This document shows, piece after piece, positions 21,293-35,270 of a DNA stretch of 64,000 nucleotides (position 1 is its first letter; each line of letters begins with the position of its first letter). The notes beneath the pieces are model-generated. The model searched no databases. It was not told the origin of the DNA and saw only the letters and a program-made list of their open reading frames with translations. The DNA is taken from the NCBI GenBank assembly GCA_032718475.1, contig JAUCBJ010008232.1:30535-94534 (forward strand). The letters run 5' to 3'. This DNA is from Nemertoderma westbladi (Eukaryota; Animalia; Xenacoelomorpha). Both the position numbers and the translations under genes were made by a program.

Positions 21293-24200
21293 GTGAAACA
21301 CGGTTCACGCATCTCACGGTATCAATCTGCTACCACGGATCCCTCGACAGTGACTACTCTGGTTTCGTCGGCAGTGGAACCCATCGCCACGAACCTAGTC
21401 GTGACCGACCCAGTCGCCACCAACCCAGACACCACCGCATCGGATGCCACCAACCCGGTCGCCACCAACCCGGTCGCCACCAACCCGGTCGCCACCAACC
21501 CGGCCGCCACCAACCCAGTCGCCACCAACCCGGTCACCACCAACCCGGTCGCCACCAACCCGGTCGCCACCGACCCGGTCGCCACCAACCCGGTCGCCAC
21601 CAACCCGGTCGTCACCGACCCGGTCGCCACTGACCCGGTCGCCACTGACCCGGTCGCCACCGACCCGGACGCCACCGACTTGGTTGCCAACAACTTGGTC
21701 ACCACCGACCCAGTCGACACCAGTCCAGACGCCACTGACCTGGTCGCCAACAACCTGGACGCCACTGACCAGGTCGCCACCAACCCAGTCGCCACCGACC
21801 CGGAGGTCACCAACCCGGACGCCACTGACCCGGTCGCCACCGACCCGGTCGCCACCAACCCGGTCGCCACCAACCAGGTCGCCACCAACCCGGACGCCAC
21901 CAACCAGGTCGTCACCAACCCGGACACCACTGACCCGGTGGCCGCAAACACAGTTGCCTCCGACCCGGTCGCTACCAACCCAGACACCACCGACCCGGTC
22001 GCCACCGACCCTGTCGCCACCAACCCGGTCGCCACCAACCCGGACACCACCAACCCGGACGGCACCGAATCTGTCACCGCCGACCCGGATGCCACCGACC
22101 CAGTCGCTACAAACTTGGTCAGCGTTGGTCAGTTCAACTCCAGACCAATCGCCAACGTCCCTCAGACCCCACTACCGGCGCCGGCACCCACACCGGCGAG
22201 CCTATCAGCGCCGTCATCATCCAACAATTCTATTAAATTTTCCACAGTAAACTCGCGATCTATTTGCAACAAAGTACCAATTATAACAGACTATATAATA
22301 TCAGAACAAATTGATATCTGCACCATTACCGAGACATGGCTCACTGCAAATGATGATAGCATACGGGCACAATGCCAGATTGGAGGCTTAACTATTCTCG
22401 ATTGCCCTAGAGTCAGCGGTCGAGGGGGCGGCACTGCAATAATATTTTCCCCTCGTGTTACGGCAACCCCATTAGAGCACGGCACTCGGGACTCACTCGA
22501 ATACTCGACATGGAGAATATTTAACTCAAAGAAGGTACTATTCATTGTATCTGTCATTTATCGACGCCCATATTCCGAACAGCACCCTGTGACCACGCAA
22601 CGGTTTTTGGAAGAATTCCCAGACTACATCGAGACACTGCTCTGCATGCGCGAGAAATTGATTATAACGGGTGATTTCAACATACATCTTAATGACGAGT
22701 CCGATCCTTGTGCGCACTCCTTCATCGACTCACTCACTTGTCTCGGACTCTCTCAGCATGTCACCGTCCCCACTCATATCAGTGGAAATACGTTAGATCT
22801 CATAATCACTCGCAACAACGATGAAATACCGTTGTCGACTCCGATTTGCGGTGCAAAACTATCAGATCATTACTTTATCAACACCAACATCACCGAGCAA
22901 CATTATACTACCCTACTACCTGAAACAATTTCCTACCGTAACCTAAAGCGCATCAATATTTCTGACTTCAAACGAGATTTGGCATCATCATCACTATGCA
23001 ATCCTTCTTCAATTAGTGAATTGAATTGTGACCAACTAGTCGATGAATATAATCGAGTAATGGCTTCCACGCTTGAAAAACACGCGCGCTTAGTCACGAA
23101 GAAAAAATCGTTGTTAAGAACAAACCCGTGGTATAACCCATCTCTCCGCATTCTCAAGAGAAATCGGCGGAATTTAGAACGCAAATGGCGAAAAACACAC
23201 TCTACTGATGATGCATCGGCGCTCTCAAACGCCCGAAACATTTACTCACGAGCACTCATATCTGCCCAACGGAACTATTACACTTCACGTGTCAATGAGT
23301 GCGCAGGCGATCAAAGGAAATTGTTCGCACTCACAAAATCACTGTTGATCCCCAAAGTGCAGCCTGTCCTACCTACTCCAAATCCCAATACATCATTACC
23401 TGACTCATTCGGTGAGTTTTTCATAGACAAAGTTGAAAAGATCCGACAGCAACTCACCACAATGAGATCAAATATGAATATTACGGCCACAACCACGCAA
23501 CCTGATGCTAAAACAGGGAGTTCAGCAATGCAACCATTGCAAAAACAAGCTATTGACCCTTTCTCCCAATTTCGACCAGTATCACAACCCGAAGTCAAAA
23601 AACTAATATTAAAGTCAGCAAACAAACAGTGCGACAACGACCCAGTACCAACTTACCTTGTCAAAAAGGCCATCGATCAACTATTGCCTGTCATCACAGA
23701 GATAATTAATAAGTCAATCACTACCGGATATTTTCCTGACTTTTGGTCCGAGGTGATAATCTCTCCCCTTATAAAGAAACTGAAGTTAAACTCGATTATC
23801 TTCAACAATTATCGGCCGGTAAGCGGGTCAACCTTTCTGTCTAAGACGACCGAGAGAATCGTGCTTTCCCAAATCATGACACACGTATTGGAAATGTTGC
23901 CTACAAATATATCATCATATCGGCCTCATCATAGTACCGAGACCACATTAGTACGTGTTCACTCTGACATCCTGTCCGCCATGGACAACCAAAAGGTCAC
24001 CCTCCTCGTCTTCATCGACCTCAGCGCAGCCTTTGATACTGTGGATAGGGAACTCCTACTTGAAACCCTTCGTACAAAGGTGAACATAACCAATGTCGCG
24101 CATGATTGGTTTAAATCATACATAGGTAACAGGCGACAGCGAGTAAAAGTACAAGGATGTTTCTCCCGGACCTTCTGTGTGCTCCACGGATTTCCTCAGG

Positions 24201-25141
24201 GATCATGTCTCGGCTGTATCCTCTTCATCATCTACATTGCCCAAATCTACATCATCATACAGCGTCATCTACCTGAGGCTCAAGGGTATGCTGATGATGT
24301 ACAATTATACCTTTCATTTAAGCCAGATTGTCTCACATCCGAAGATTCAGCCATCCGCTCTATGGAAAACTGCATCAAAGAACTTAGACAGTGGTTCATC
24401 GAAAACTGGCTAAAGATAAATGATGACAAGACCGAACTCATGATAATTGGCACACTGCAGCAACTAGCCAAAGTTAGCAGCACCTCAATCATTGTTGGCG
24501 ATCATGTAATCGAGTCCTCTGCGAAGGTTCGTAACCTTGGTGCAATTTTTGATGATCATATGTCAATGCAATCTTTTATTTCCACCACAACTAGCAGTGC
24601 CTTCTACCATCTCCGTAACATACATAGGATCCGACCATTTCTCTCTCGAAAAAGCACCGAACCCCTTATTCATGCATTCATTTCCAGTAAACTCGATTAT
24701 TGCAACGCCCTTCTCTATGGCCTTCCAAACACCAAAATCAAAAAACTTCAACGAATACAAAATACAGCCGCCAGATTGGTCGTGCATGGATCTCGCTATG
24801 ATCACATCACACCAATATTGCAATCCCTTCATTGGCTACCCATCCGCTCCCGTATCGAATTTAAAATATGTTTATTGACATTCAAATGCCTCAACAACAT
24901 CTGTCCAGCTTACCTAATCGACCTTCTCAATCTCTATAGTAACCCACACAACAGCCGATCTTCAAACTCATTGGTCCTACGTGTTCCACCACATAAACAC
25001 TCAACCCTCGGTGGACGTGCGTTCGCTGTCTCCGCGCCGGCACTTTGGAACAAACTACCACGCGATATCCGACTCTCAGTCAACCTCGACAAATTTAAAC
25101 GGTTACTCAAAACTCACCTCTATAATCGTGCATTCAACTAA
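21293..25141 (+). CDS. LINE ORF2: pentapeptide repeat, AP endonuclease, reverse transcriptase
   Basis: [25 protein letters not shown]; [19 protein letters not shown]; L2-type C-terminus [22 protein letters not shown]. Confidence 0.95.
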   Translation: MKHGSRISRYQSATTDPSTVTTLVSSAVEPIATNLVVTDPVATNPDTTASDATNPVATNPVATNPVATNPAATNPVATNPVTTNPVATNPVATDPVATNPVATNPVVTDPVATDPVATDPVATDPDATDLVANNLVTTDPVDTSPDATDLVANNLDATDQVATNPVATDPEVTNPDATDPVATDPVATNPVATNQVATNPDATNQVVTNPDTTDPVAANTVASDPVATNPDTTDPVATDPVATNPVATNPDTTNPDGTESVTADPDATDPVATNLVSVGQFNSRPIANVPQTPLPAPAPTPASLSAPSSSNNSIKFSTVNSRSICNKVPIITDYIISEQIDICTITETWLTANDDSIRAQCQIGGLTILDCPRVSGRGGGTAIIFSPRVTATPLEHGTRDSLEYSTWRIFNSKKVLFIVSVIYRRPYSEQHPVTTQRFLEEFPDYIETLLCMREKLIITGDFNIHLNDESDPCAHSFIDSLTCLGLSQHVTVPTHISGNTLDLIITRNNDEIPLSTPICGAKLSDHYFINTNITEQHYTTLLPETISYRNLKRINISDFKRDLASSSLCNPSSISELNCDQLVDEYNRVMASTLEKHARLVTKKKSLLRTNPWYNPSLRILKRNRRNLERKWRKTHSTDDASALSNARNIYSRALISAQRNYYTSRVNECAGDQRKLFALTKSLLIPKVQPVLPTPNPNTSLPDSFGEFFIDKVEKIRQQLTTMRSNMNITATTTQPDAKTGSSAMQPLQKQAIDPFSQFRPVSQPEVKKLILKSANKQCDNDPVPTYLVKKAIDQLLPVITEIINKSITTGYFPDFWSEVIISPLIKKLKLNSIIFNNYRPVSGSTFLSKTTERIVLSQIMTHVLEMLPTNISSYRPHHSTETTLVRVHSDILSAMDNQKVTLLVFIDLSAAFDTVDRELLLETLRTKVNITNVAHDWFKSYIGNRRQRVKVQGCFSRTFCVLHGFPQGSCLGCILFIIYIAQIYIIIQRHLPEAQGYADDVQLYLSFKPDCLTSEDSAIRSMENCIKELRQWFIENWLKINDDKTELMIIGTLQQLAKVSSTSIIVGDHVIESSAKVRNLGAIFDDHMSMQSFISTTTSSAFYHLRNIHRIRPFLSRKSTEPLIHAFISSKLDYCNALLYGLPNTKIKKLQRIQNTAARLVVHGSRYDHITPILQSLHWLPIRSRIEFKICLLTFKCLNNICPAYLIDLLNLYSNPHNSRSSNSLVLRVPPHKHSTLGGRAFAVSAPALWNKLPRDIRLSVNLDKFKRLLKTHLYNRAFN
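21375..22115 (+). repeat. 15-bp coding minisatellite (ACCAACCCGGTCGCC)n encoding (T-N/D-P-V/D-A)n
   Basis: About 50 in-frame units visible in ORF2. Confidence 0.95.
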
Positions 25142-25618
25142 AAACTGTTTTATTCGAACTCATGTATCGTATAACATTATTTTATTTAATCATTTTACAG
25201 TACAGTACTCCTGGCCCAAAAATAACTACGGGTCTTTTAAACGACATGTATTTTACTTTTTACTTAAGGAGAGTGCTCAGCGCTTAGAATAATTACTTGT
25301 TTTTTAAATAAGCGCTTTATAAATATTGAAATATTATTATTATTATTATTAATATTGTTTTTCAATGGTTGCTTTATATCATTTGGGTCTTTATACCAGA
25401 AGAAACGAGTTACATCCTTATCTGTTTCTTGAATTCCTACTTGTAGATAAGCCTTTTCAATATCTGATATAATACTAGTACTAGTATCGGCATGCTGCAT
25501 TGCAGCTGCATTTTTAAGAATGCTGTGCCGGCTTGTCGAGAAAATTGCGCCACCACAACTCCCTATCACCCATGACATTTGCTAGATCATCCGCATCTTC
25601 AAGACCAGTGTCCTTTAA

Positions 25619-28600
25619 CCCTATTAACCCTATCCAACCTGGGTGTTGGCGTTTTCCGCCAACATTTTAAAATGCTGTGAATTTGAGAATATATTTAAGG
25701 GCTATGCACTTGAAATTTATTGACTTTTCCTAAAATTTACTGGTGAATCTCGTATTGTCATTTATTTTTTTGTGCTATTTTTAGTTTTTTTTGTAAATGA
25801 GATTTTGTCAAAAGAAGGTCAAGAATTTTATCCAAATTTACAAAAATAATTCTTGGTGCTGTCACAATATTCCTAACTTCTTAATTAATGTGATTCTGGT
25901 TGGACAATGTCTTAGCCGTGGCATCCAATCAAATACCAAACTATTCAATCAGTTTTACCTGCCAGACAGTTATTGAATTGAATTAAATTATAAGTGAAGG
26001 TAGATAAGGCATTGTGTTTGTTTACCTTTGCTGGAATTGAGATACCTAAAACACACAGCTGGATAGAAAACTGGGTTGGGATCTGCAGACAAGTTTTCAT
26101 CTTAGGATGTATTGAATTAAGTCACCAGGAGTCTGAAACTGCCTCCAGCAAAATAGCAAATTAGGCTGGCTTCCCAGGTTGCTGTTGCAGACAAACTAAT
26201 ATTGTCTGACCACTTTATTCCAATTGTTTACCAATCTTTGTAGTTGTGTACAGAATAGCCTCCAGCCATCTGTCCTTTACTAGACTATAATATGATATAC
26301 TAAACCCAGCATCTCGCTCAAGGTAGGATTTTATGACTTTTCCTAAAAGTCTATTGTCTTCCTAGTAGTGAAAACCGTTTTCAAAAATATTCGGTAGTTT
26401 TCGAGTTATAGCACCATTTTTTAACCCTACTTTTGGCACTTTTTTTTGAGGCGTTTTTTGAAAATTTCATTTCATTAAATATGAATTGTAACATCTCTAT
26501 TTTTGATTTACACCGGTTTTTTGGTGTTAGCAATTGGATGGAATTCATATAAATTGATTTAGAAATTTCAAACTTGTTTTTTTCGGCGGGTGCCAAATTT
26601 TGGTGCCAGCACCAAATTTTGATATATGTCAATTTTGTAAATAGATTGTTTGAAACTTGTTTTTTGCGCAATTGGGGTTTTTGGGGTTCTGGTTTCGATG
26701 AAATATATACGAGTTGCACCAAGCGTATCAAACTTGTATTTTTCGGTGCTGTGTGCAAATTTTGGTGCTAGCACGAAATTTTGAAAATCCATTCAATAGA
26801 TAAAATTGCTTGTAACAATTTATTTCTTCGCGTTTTAGAGGTTTATGGCTGTTCTGAATTCAATGGAATATATAATTATCGAACTAGACATCTCAAACTT
26901 GTATTTTTCGGAAGTGGGTGCAAAATGTGGTGCTAGCACCAAATTTTGAAAACCATCAAATATATCAATTGATTGTGTCATCTTGTTTCTTGCGTTATAC
27001 GGGTTTGTTACGGTTCTGAATTCAAAGGAATCAGTAAAAATTTCATAAGAGTTTTCAATCTTGTATTTTTCGCCAGTGGGTGAAAATTGTTGTGCCAGCA
27101 CCAAATTTTGGAAAATGAGTAAATTGATCAGTAGATAGTATCATCTTGTTTCTTGCGTTATACGGGTTTATGAGGGTCCTGAATCCGATGGAATCAATAA
27201 AAACAGCACTGGACATCGCAAACTTGTACTTTTTGGTGATGGGTACGAAATTTGGTGCTAGCACCAAAATTTGCCAAATTACGCCGAAAAATACAAGTAG
27301 CAATGATCTGGCATATTTGAAATGTATTCCATTAGAATCAGCGCCCTAGAAAACCTGAAAATGTGAATCTATAGCATCGTATAAGTGAATTAAAAATTTT
27401 GTGTTCTAACTGAAAAGTGCTGGTTACTTGTTTTTTTCATTTTTTTCCTACGCATAGATAGCCATTTATGGTAATCATATCATTTTTAAATATTTTCCAA
27501 TGTATTTTGCGCCCCAGAAAACCTGTATTGAAAAACAATTACCCGAAAAATGTAACTTTCAAATTTTGTGAAAATTGTGCACTACTTGTAATTTTGGTGC
27601 TGCAATATTACCACCCCAGTACATTTTTTCGAAATTTTTTTTTTTCGCTCGGATCCAGACTAGTGATACCTACGTACAAACAAAAAATCAGACATTTTCG
27701 TTAATATTTGTAGATTTTAGAGGGGGGGGTCAATATGACCCCCCCCCCCCCCCCCGGTATTTGTACAGCATTTTGTAGCCCGGTACTAATAGGGTTAATC
27801 TTTATTAATTTTATTTGTACTGAGGTTTTCGAGGGCGCTGTTTCCAATGGTCCTACTCTCAAAACGATCTAACCTACTGTATAATTAATTACTTAAGTCT
27901 GCGAGGTATGCGTAATTAACAAACCTCGTTTACCAGTTTTCCTTAAAAAAAAAATGAAGCTATATTGCTTAAGAGTACTGAGGGGCGAGCCATGAGGCAA
28001 GATGTTTGAGACTTATTTAGATATATTATTACTTAATTTTAACCCCCCAATCGATATCTATTACAATATAGGCTATATCTTTTTGTGGAGTCACATAGTA
28101 GTCTGAAGTTCCCCAGTCTGCCGCTAGATGGCGAAATGTCTCAAAGTGAAAACCATGAAGTAGCTATGAATTGGTTGCTAGGCAATAATACTACATTGTG
28201 TATTTGAGTGAGGGAAGTGAGGGAAGTGAGGGAGTGAGGGAAGTGAAGGAAGTGAGGGAAGTGAGGGAAGTGAGGGAAGTGAGGGAAGTGAGGGAAGTGA
28301 GGGAAGTGAGGGAAGTGAGGGAAGTGAGAGAAGTGAGGGGAGTGAGGGAGTGAGGGAAGTGAGGGAAGTGAGGGAGTGAGGGAAGTGAGGGAAGCGGAGG
28401 GAAGTGAGGGAAGTGAGGGAAGTGAGGGAAGTGAGGGAAGTGAGGGAAGTGAGGGAGTGAGGGAAGTGAGGGGAGCGGAGGGAGTGAGGCAGTGGGGGAA
28501 GTGAGTGAGTGAGGGAGTGAGGCATTGAGGGAAGTGAGGGAGTGAGGGAAGTGAGGGAAGTGAGGGAGTGAGGGAAGTGAGGGAAGTGAGGCAGTGAGGG

Positions 28601-29802
28601 AAGTGAGGGAATGAGGGAGGGAGAGAGGGAATGAGGGAGTGAGTGAGGGAATGAGGGAGGGAAGTGAGGGAAGTGAGGGAAGTGAGGGAAGTGAGGGAAG
28701 TGAGGGAAGTGAGGGAAGTGAGGGAAGTGAGGGAGTGAGGGAGTGAGGGAAGTGAGGGAAGTGAGGGAGTGAGGGAGTGAGGGAGTGAGGGAGTGAGCGA
28801 GTGAGGGAGTGAGGGAGTGAGGCAGTGAGGGAAGTGAGGGAATTCTGAATCTGTTCTGAATTCAATGGAATATATAATTATCTAACTAGACATATCAAAC
28901 TGTATTTTTCGGAAGTGGGTGCAAAATGTGGTGCTAGCACCAAAATTTGAAATCAATCAAATATATCAATTGATTGTGTCACCTTGTTTCTTGCGTTATA
29001 CGGGTTTGTGAGGGTTCTGAATTCAATGGAATCAGTAAAAATTTCACAAGAGTTTTCAAACTTGTATTTTTCGGCGGTGGTTGAAAATTGTTGTGCCAGC
29101 ACCAAATTTTGGAAAATAAACAAATTGATCAGAAGACAGTATTATCTTGTTTCTTGCGTTATACGGGTTTATGAGCGTCCTGAATCCGATGGAATGAATA
29201 AAAACAGCACTGGACATCGCAAACTTGTACTTTTTGGTGATGGGTACGAAATTTGGTGCTAGCACCAAAATTTGCCAAATTACGCCGAAAAATACAAGTT
29301 GCAATGATCTGGCATATTAGAAATGTATTCCATTAGAATCAGCGCCCAAGAAAACCTAAAAATGTGAATTTATAGCATCATATAAGTGAATTAAAAATGT
29401 TGTGTTCAAACTGAAAAGTGCTGGTTAGTTGTTTTTTTCATTTTTTTCCTACGCAGAGAGGACTAAACAGCCATTTATAGTAACTATTTCATTTTTAAAT
29501 ATTTTCCAATCTATTTTGCGGCCCAGAAAACCTGTATTGAAAAACAATTAGCCGAGAAATGTAACTTTCAAATTTTGTAAAAATTGTGCACTACTTGTAA
29601 TTTTGGTGCTGCAATATATAACCCCAGTACATTTTTTCGAAAATTTTTTTTCGGTCGGATCCAGACTAGTGATACCTACGTACAAACAAAAAATCAGACG
29701 TTTTCGTAAAAATCTGTAGATTTTAGAGGGGGGGGGGGGGGGGGGGGGGGGTGGGGGGTCAATGGTATTTGTACAACATTTTATAGCCCGGTACTAATAG
29801 GG
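25619..29802. mobile_element. Non-autonomous piggyBac-like composite DNA element
   Basis: TTAA TSD (25615-25618, 29803-29806), CCCTATTA/TAATAGGG ends, no transposase, internal ~165-bp repeats with palindrome TTTGGTGCTAGCACCAAA; 26850-27794 duplicated at 28852-29802. Confidence 0.8.
28207..28840 (+). repeat. (GGGAAGTGA)n / (GGGAGTGA)n purine-rich minisatellite
   Basis: Directly visible. Confidence 0.97.
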
Positions 29803-30150
29803 TTAAGATGCGTCTCAAGAAAGTCATGGGCTGTCCACCATGCTTATTCACTCCATGAGGCTGCCAAAGTACAAGATTATGCACTGGCTAACGGAACTCC
29901 ATATCCAATATTAGTTTATATTGTTAAGAGGCTCTCTAGTTACGTAATAAATATTCGATAACACTAATTTATTTAACATTGAGAAAGGCGGTATCAGGAG
30001 TTGAAGAGTACAGTAAATTGAATTGCAGTAACTATGGAAGCAATATAGTAAAATACTACAGTTCAATTTATTTTGTAACACTACTGTACTTATTTATTGC
30101 TCAATTATTTAATAAAAGATTATAGAGCGTTATAAAATAAATTGAACAGT

Positions 30151-30690
30151 AGTTACCTTTTCTCTAAATGTTACAGAAACGGACTCGGAACAGTTATGTC
30201 TGTTTTTTCAATAAAAAATACCTTAAATCTCGTAAAATATCAAAAAACGTTGTGTTTGAACCCAAATATCGCGAGAACTACAAATCATATGTAAAAACGG
30301 TTACTGTATTTGGAATCTGCTGTTAATTTAACACTAAAAGAAGTATCACAAGTTACCTTTTCTCTAAATGTTACAGAAACGGACTGGGAATAGTTATGTC
30401 TGCTTTTTCAATAAAAAATACTTTAAATCTCGTAAAATATCAAAAAACGTTGTGTTTGAACCCAAATATCGCGAGAACTACAAATCATATGTAAAAACGG
30501 TTACTGAATTTGGAATCTGCTGTTAATTTAACACTAAAAGAAGTATCACAAGTTACCTTTTCTCTAAATGTTACAGAAACGGACTGGGAATAGTTATGTC
30601 TGCTTTTTCAATAAAAAATATTTTAAATCTCGTAAAATATCAAAAAACGTTTGTGTTTGAACCAAAATATCGTGAGAACAATAAATCTAT
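30151..30690. repeat. 200-bp tandem repeat, about 2.7 copies
   Basis: AGTTACCTTTTCTCTAAATG at 30151, 30351, 30551. Confidence 0.95.
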
Positions 30691-33421
30691 GACATTTCAA
30701 AATCTCAATTTAAAAATGACATTTTGGCAAAATGACATGTCAAAATGTCAATTTCAAAATGACATTTTGAAAAAATGACAAAATATCAATTTGAAAATGC
30801 CATTTTGCCAAAATGACATGCCAAAATGTCAATTTGAAAATGACATTTTGACAAAATGACATGTGAAAATGTCAATTTCAAAATTACATTTTGGCAAAAT
30901 GACATGTCAAAATGACAAAATGTCAATTTGAAAATGACATTTTGCCAAAATGACATGTCAAAATGTCAATTTCAAAATGACATTTTGAAAAAATGACAAA
31001 ATGTCAATTTGAAAATGCCATTTTGACAAAATGACATGTCAAAATGTCAATTTCAAAATGACATTTTGGCAAAATGACATGTCAAAATGTCAATTTGAAA
31101 ATGACATTTTGAAAAAATGACAAAATGTCAATTTGAAAATGACATTTTGAAAAAATGACAAAATGTCAATTTGAAAATGACATTTTGCCAAAATGACATG
31201 CCGAAATGTCAATTTGAAAATGACATTTTGACAAAATGACATGTCAAAATGTCAATTTCAAAATGACATTTTGGCAAAATGACATGTCAAAATGTCAATT
31301 TGAAAATGACATTTTGGCAAAATGACATGTCAAAATGACAAAATGTCAATTTGAAAATGACATTTTGCCAAAATGACATGTCAAAATGTCAATTTGTAAA
31401 TGAAATTTTGGCAAAATGACATGTCAAAATGTCAAATGTCAATTTAAAAATGACATTTTGACAAAATGACATGTCAAAATGTCAATTTCAAAATGACATT
31501 TTGGCAAAATGACATGTCAAAATGTCAATTTGAAAATGACATTTGGCAAAATGACATGTCAAAATGTCAAATGTCAATTTAAAAATGACATTTTGGCAAT
31601 ATGACATGTCAAAATGTCAGTTTCAAAATGACATTTTGGCAAAATGACATGTCAAAATGTCAATTTGAAAATGACATTTTGGCAAAATGACATGTCAAAA
31701 TGTCAAATGTCAATTTAAAATGACATTTTGGCAAAATGACATGTCAAAATGTCAATTTCAAAATGACATTTCGACAAAATGACAAAATGTCAATTTGAAA
31801 ATGACATTTTGCCAAAATGACATGTCAAAATGTCAATTTGTAAATGAAATTTTGGCAAAATGACATGTCAAAATGTCAAATGTCAATTTAAAAATGACAT
31901 TTTGGCAAAATGACATGTCAAAATGTCAATTTCAAAATGAAATGTCAAAATGTCAATTTCAAAATGACATTTTGGCAAAATGACATGTCAAAATGTCAAT
32001 TTGAAAATGACATTTTGGCAAAATGACATGTCAAAATGTCAAATGTCAATTTAAAATGACATTTTGGCAAAATGACATGTCAAAATGTCAATTTCAAAAT
32101 GACATTTCGACAAAATGACAAAATGACAATTTGAAAATGACATTTTGCCAAAATGACATGTCAAAATGTCAATTTGTAAATGAAATTTTGGCAAAATGAC
32201 ATGTCAAAATGTCAAATGCCAATTTAAAAATGACATTTTGGCAAAATGACATGTCAAAATGTCAGTTTCAAAATGACATTTTGGCAAAATGACATGTCAA
32301 AATGTCAATTTGAAAATGACATTTTGGCAAAATGACATGTCAAAATGTCAAATGTCAATTTAAAATGACATTTTGGCAAAATGACATGTCAAAATGTCAA
32401 TTTCAAAATGACATTTCGACAAAATGACAAAATGTCAATTTGAAAATGACATTATTTTGCCAAAATGACATGTCAAAATGTCAATTTGTAAATGAAATTT
32501 TGGCAAAATGACATGTCAAAATGTCAAATGTCAATTTAAAAATGACATTTTGGCAAAATGACATGTCAAAATGTCAATTTCAAAATGACATTTCGACAAA
32601 ATGACAATTTGAAAATGACATTTTGGCAAAATGACATGTCAAAATGTCAAATGTCAATTTAAAATGACATTTTGGCAAAATGACATGTCAAAATGTCAAT
32701 TTCAAAATGACATTTCGACAAAATGATAAAATGTCAATTTGAAAATGACATTTTGCCAAAATGACATGTCAAAATGTCAATTTGTAAATGAAATTTTGGC
32801 AAAATGACATGTCAAAATGTCAAATGTCAATTTAAAAATGACATTTTGGCAAAATGACATGTCAAGTGACATTTTGACACAATGACATTTTGACAAAATG
32901 ACACATGTTATAATGTCAATTCGAAAGTGACATTTTGACAAAATGACATGTCAAAGTGTCAATTTGAAAGTGACATTTTGGCAAAATGACACATCGAAAT
33001 GTCAATTCGAAGGTGACATTTTGACAAAAAGACATGTGAAGTGTCAATTTGAAAGTGACATTTTGACAAAATGACACATCGAAATGTCAATTCGAAGGTG
33101 ACATTTTGACAAAAAGACATGTGAAGTGTCAATTTGAAAGTGACATTTTGACAAAATGACATGTCAAAGTGTCAATTAGAAAGTGACATTTTCACAAAAA
33201 GACATGTCAAAGTGTCAATTTGAAAGTGACTTTTTGGCAAAATGACACATCAAAATGTCAATTCGAAAGTGACATTTTGACAAAAAGACATGTCAAAGTG
33301 TCAATTTGAAAGTGACATATTGACACATTGACATTTTGACAAAATGACATTTCATAATTTCATTTTGAAAATGACATTTTTGCAAAATGACATGTCAAAA
33401 TTTCAAAATGACATTTTGACA
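30689..33421. repeat. AAAATGACA/TGTCA-based palindromic satellite (~43-bp core)
   Basis: AAAATGACATGTCAAAATGTCAATTTGAAAATGACATTTTGGC variants. Confidence 0.95.
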
Positions 33422-33423
33422 AA

Positions 33424-35040
33424 CATAGCATAGCATAGCATAGCATAGCATAGCATATCATAGCATAGCATAGCATAGCATAGCATAGCATAGCATAGCA
33501 TAGCATAGCATAGCATAGCATAGCAAAGCATAGCATAGCATAGCATAGCATAACATAGCATAGCATAGCATAGCATGACATAGCATATCATATCATAGCA
33601 TAGCATAGCAAAGCATAGCATAGCATAGCATAGCATAGCATAGCATAGCATAGCATAGCATAGCATAGCATAGCATAGCATAGCATAGCATAGCATAGCA
33701 TAGCATAGCATAGCATAGCATAGCATAGCATAACATAGCATAGCATAGCATAGCATAGCATAGCATAGCATAGCATAGCATAGCATAGCATAGCATAGCA
33801 TAGCATAGCATAGCATAGCATAGCATAGCATAGCATAGCATAGCATAGCATAGCATAGCATAGCATAGCATAGCATAGCATAGCATAGCATAGCATAGCA
33901 TAGCATAGCATAGCATAGCATAGCATATCATAGCATAGCGTATAGCATAGCGTATAGCATAGCGTATAGCATAGCATATAGCATAGCATATAGCATAGCA
34001 TATAGCATAGCATATAGCATAGCATATAGAATAGCATATAACATAGCATATAGCATAAAGCATATAGCATAGCATGTACTATAGCATAACATATAACATA
34101 TAGCTTATAGCAAATAGATTATAGCATATAGCATAGCATGTAGCATATATCATATATCATATAGCATATAGCATATAGCATATAACATAAAGCATATAGC
34201 ATAGCATGTACTATAGCATAACATATAACATATAGCATATAGCATAGCATATAGCATAGCATATAGCATAGCATATAGCATATCATATAGCATAGCATAT
34301 AGCATAGCATATAGCATAGCATATAGCATAGCATATAGCATAGCATATAGCATAGCATATAGCATAGCATATAGCATAGCATATAGCATAGCATATAGCA
34401 TAGCATATAGCATAGCATATAGCATAGCATATAGCATAGCATATAGCATAGCATATAGCATAGCATATAGCATAGCATATAGCATAGCATATATCATAGC
34501 ATGTACTATAGCATAACATATAACATATAGCTTATAGCAAATCGCATATAGCATGTAGCATAGCATATAGCATAGCATATAGCATAGCATATAGCATAGC
34601 ATATAGCATAGCATATAGAATAGCATACAGCATAGCATGTACTATAGCATAACATATAACATATAGCTTATAGCAAATCGCATATAGCATATAGCATAGC
34701 ATATAGCATATATCATATAGCATATATCATATAACATAAAGCATATAGCATAGCATGTACTATAGCATAACATATAACATATAGCATATAGCATAGCATA
34801 TAGTATAGCATATAGCATACAGCATAGCATATAGCATATAGCATATAGCATAAAGCATATAGCATAAAGCATATAGCATATAGCATGAAGCATATAGCAT
34901 AGCATGTACTATAGCATAACATATAACATATAGCTTATAGCATATAACATATAGCATAGCATATAGAATAGCATATAGCATAGCATGTACTATAGCATAA
35001 CATATAACATATATCATAGCATATAGAAAAGCATATAACA
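33424..35040. repeat. (TAGCA)n microsatellite grading into (TAGCATATAGCA)n and longer derivatives
   Basis: Directly visible. Confidence 0.97.
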
Positions 35041-35043
35041 TTT

Positions 35044-35270
35044 AGTGCACTGCATCGTTATGAAGTGCATTACTAACACCTTTATGAAGTGCACTACACC
35101 TTTATGAAGTGCACTGCGCCGTTATAAAGTGGACTGTGCCGTTATGTAGGGCACTCGTTATTAAGTGCACTGCGCCGTTATGTAGGGCACTCGTTATTAA
35201 GTGCACTGCGCCGTTATGCAGTGCACTCGTTTTTAAGTGCACTGCGCCGTTATGTAGGGCACTCGTTATT
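35044..35270. repeat. GTGCAC-containing 19/36-bp minisatellite
   Basis: AAGTGCACTGCGCCGTTATGTAGGGCACTCGTTATT units. Confidence 0.9.

Larger units (their letters stand above)
19858..25350 (+). mobile_element. Full-length L2-type LINE
   Basis: ORF1 and ORF2 uninterrupted, (ATT)n tail 25332-25350, TSD AATAT (19853-19857, 25351-25355), splits Pao-B RT at KNNI/VTMRF. Confidence 0.93.

Noticed and set aside
28178-28865. SLP/PHF-repeat ORFs; telomere-like repeat
   Set aside because: Minisatellite translations; unit is not TTAGGG and lies inside a transposon.
33360-35041. MLCYA-repeat ORFs
   Set aside because: Translations of (TGCTA)n microsatellite.
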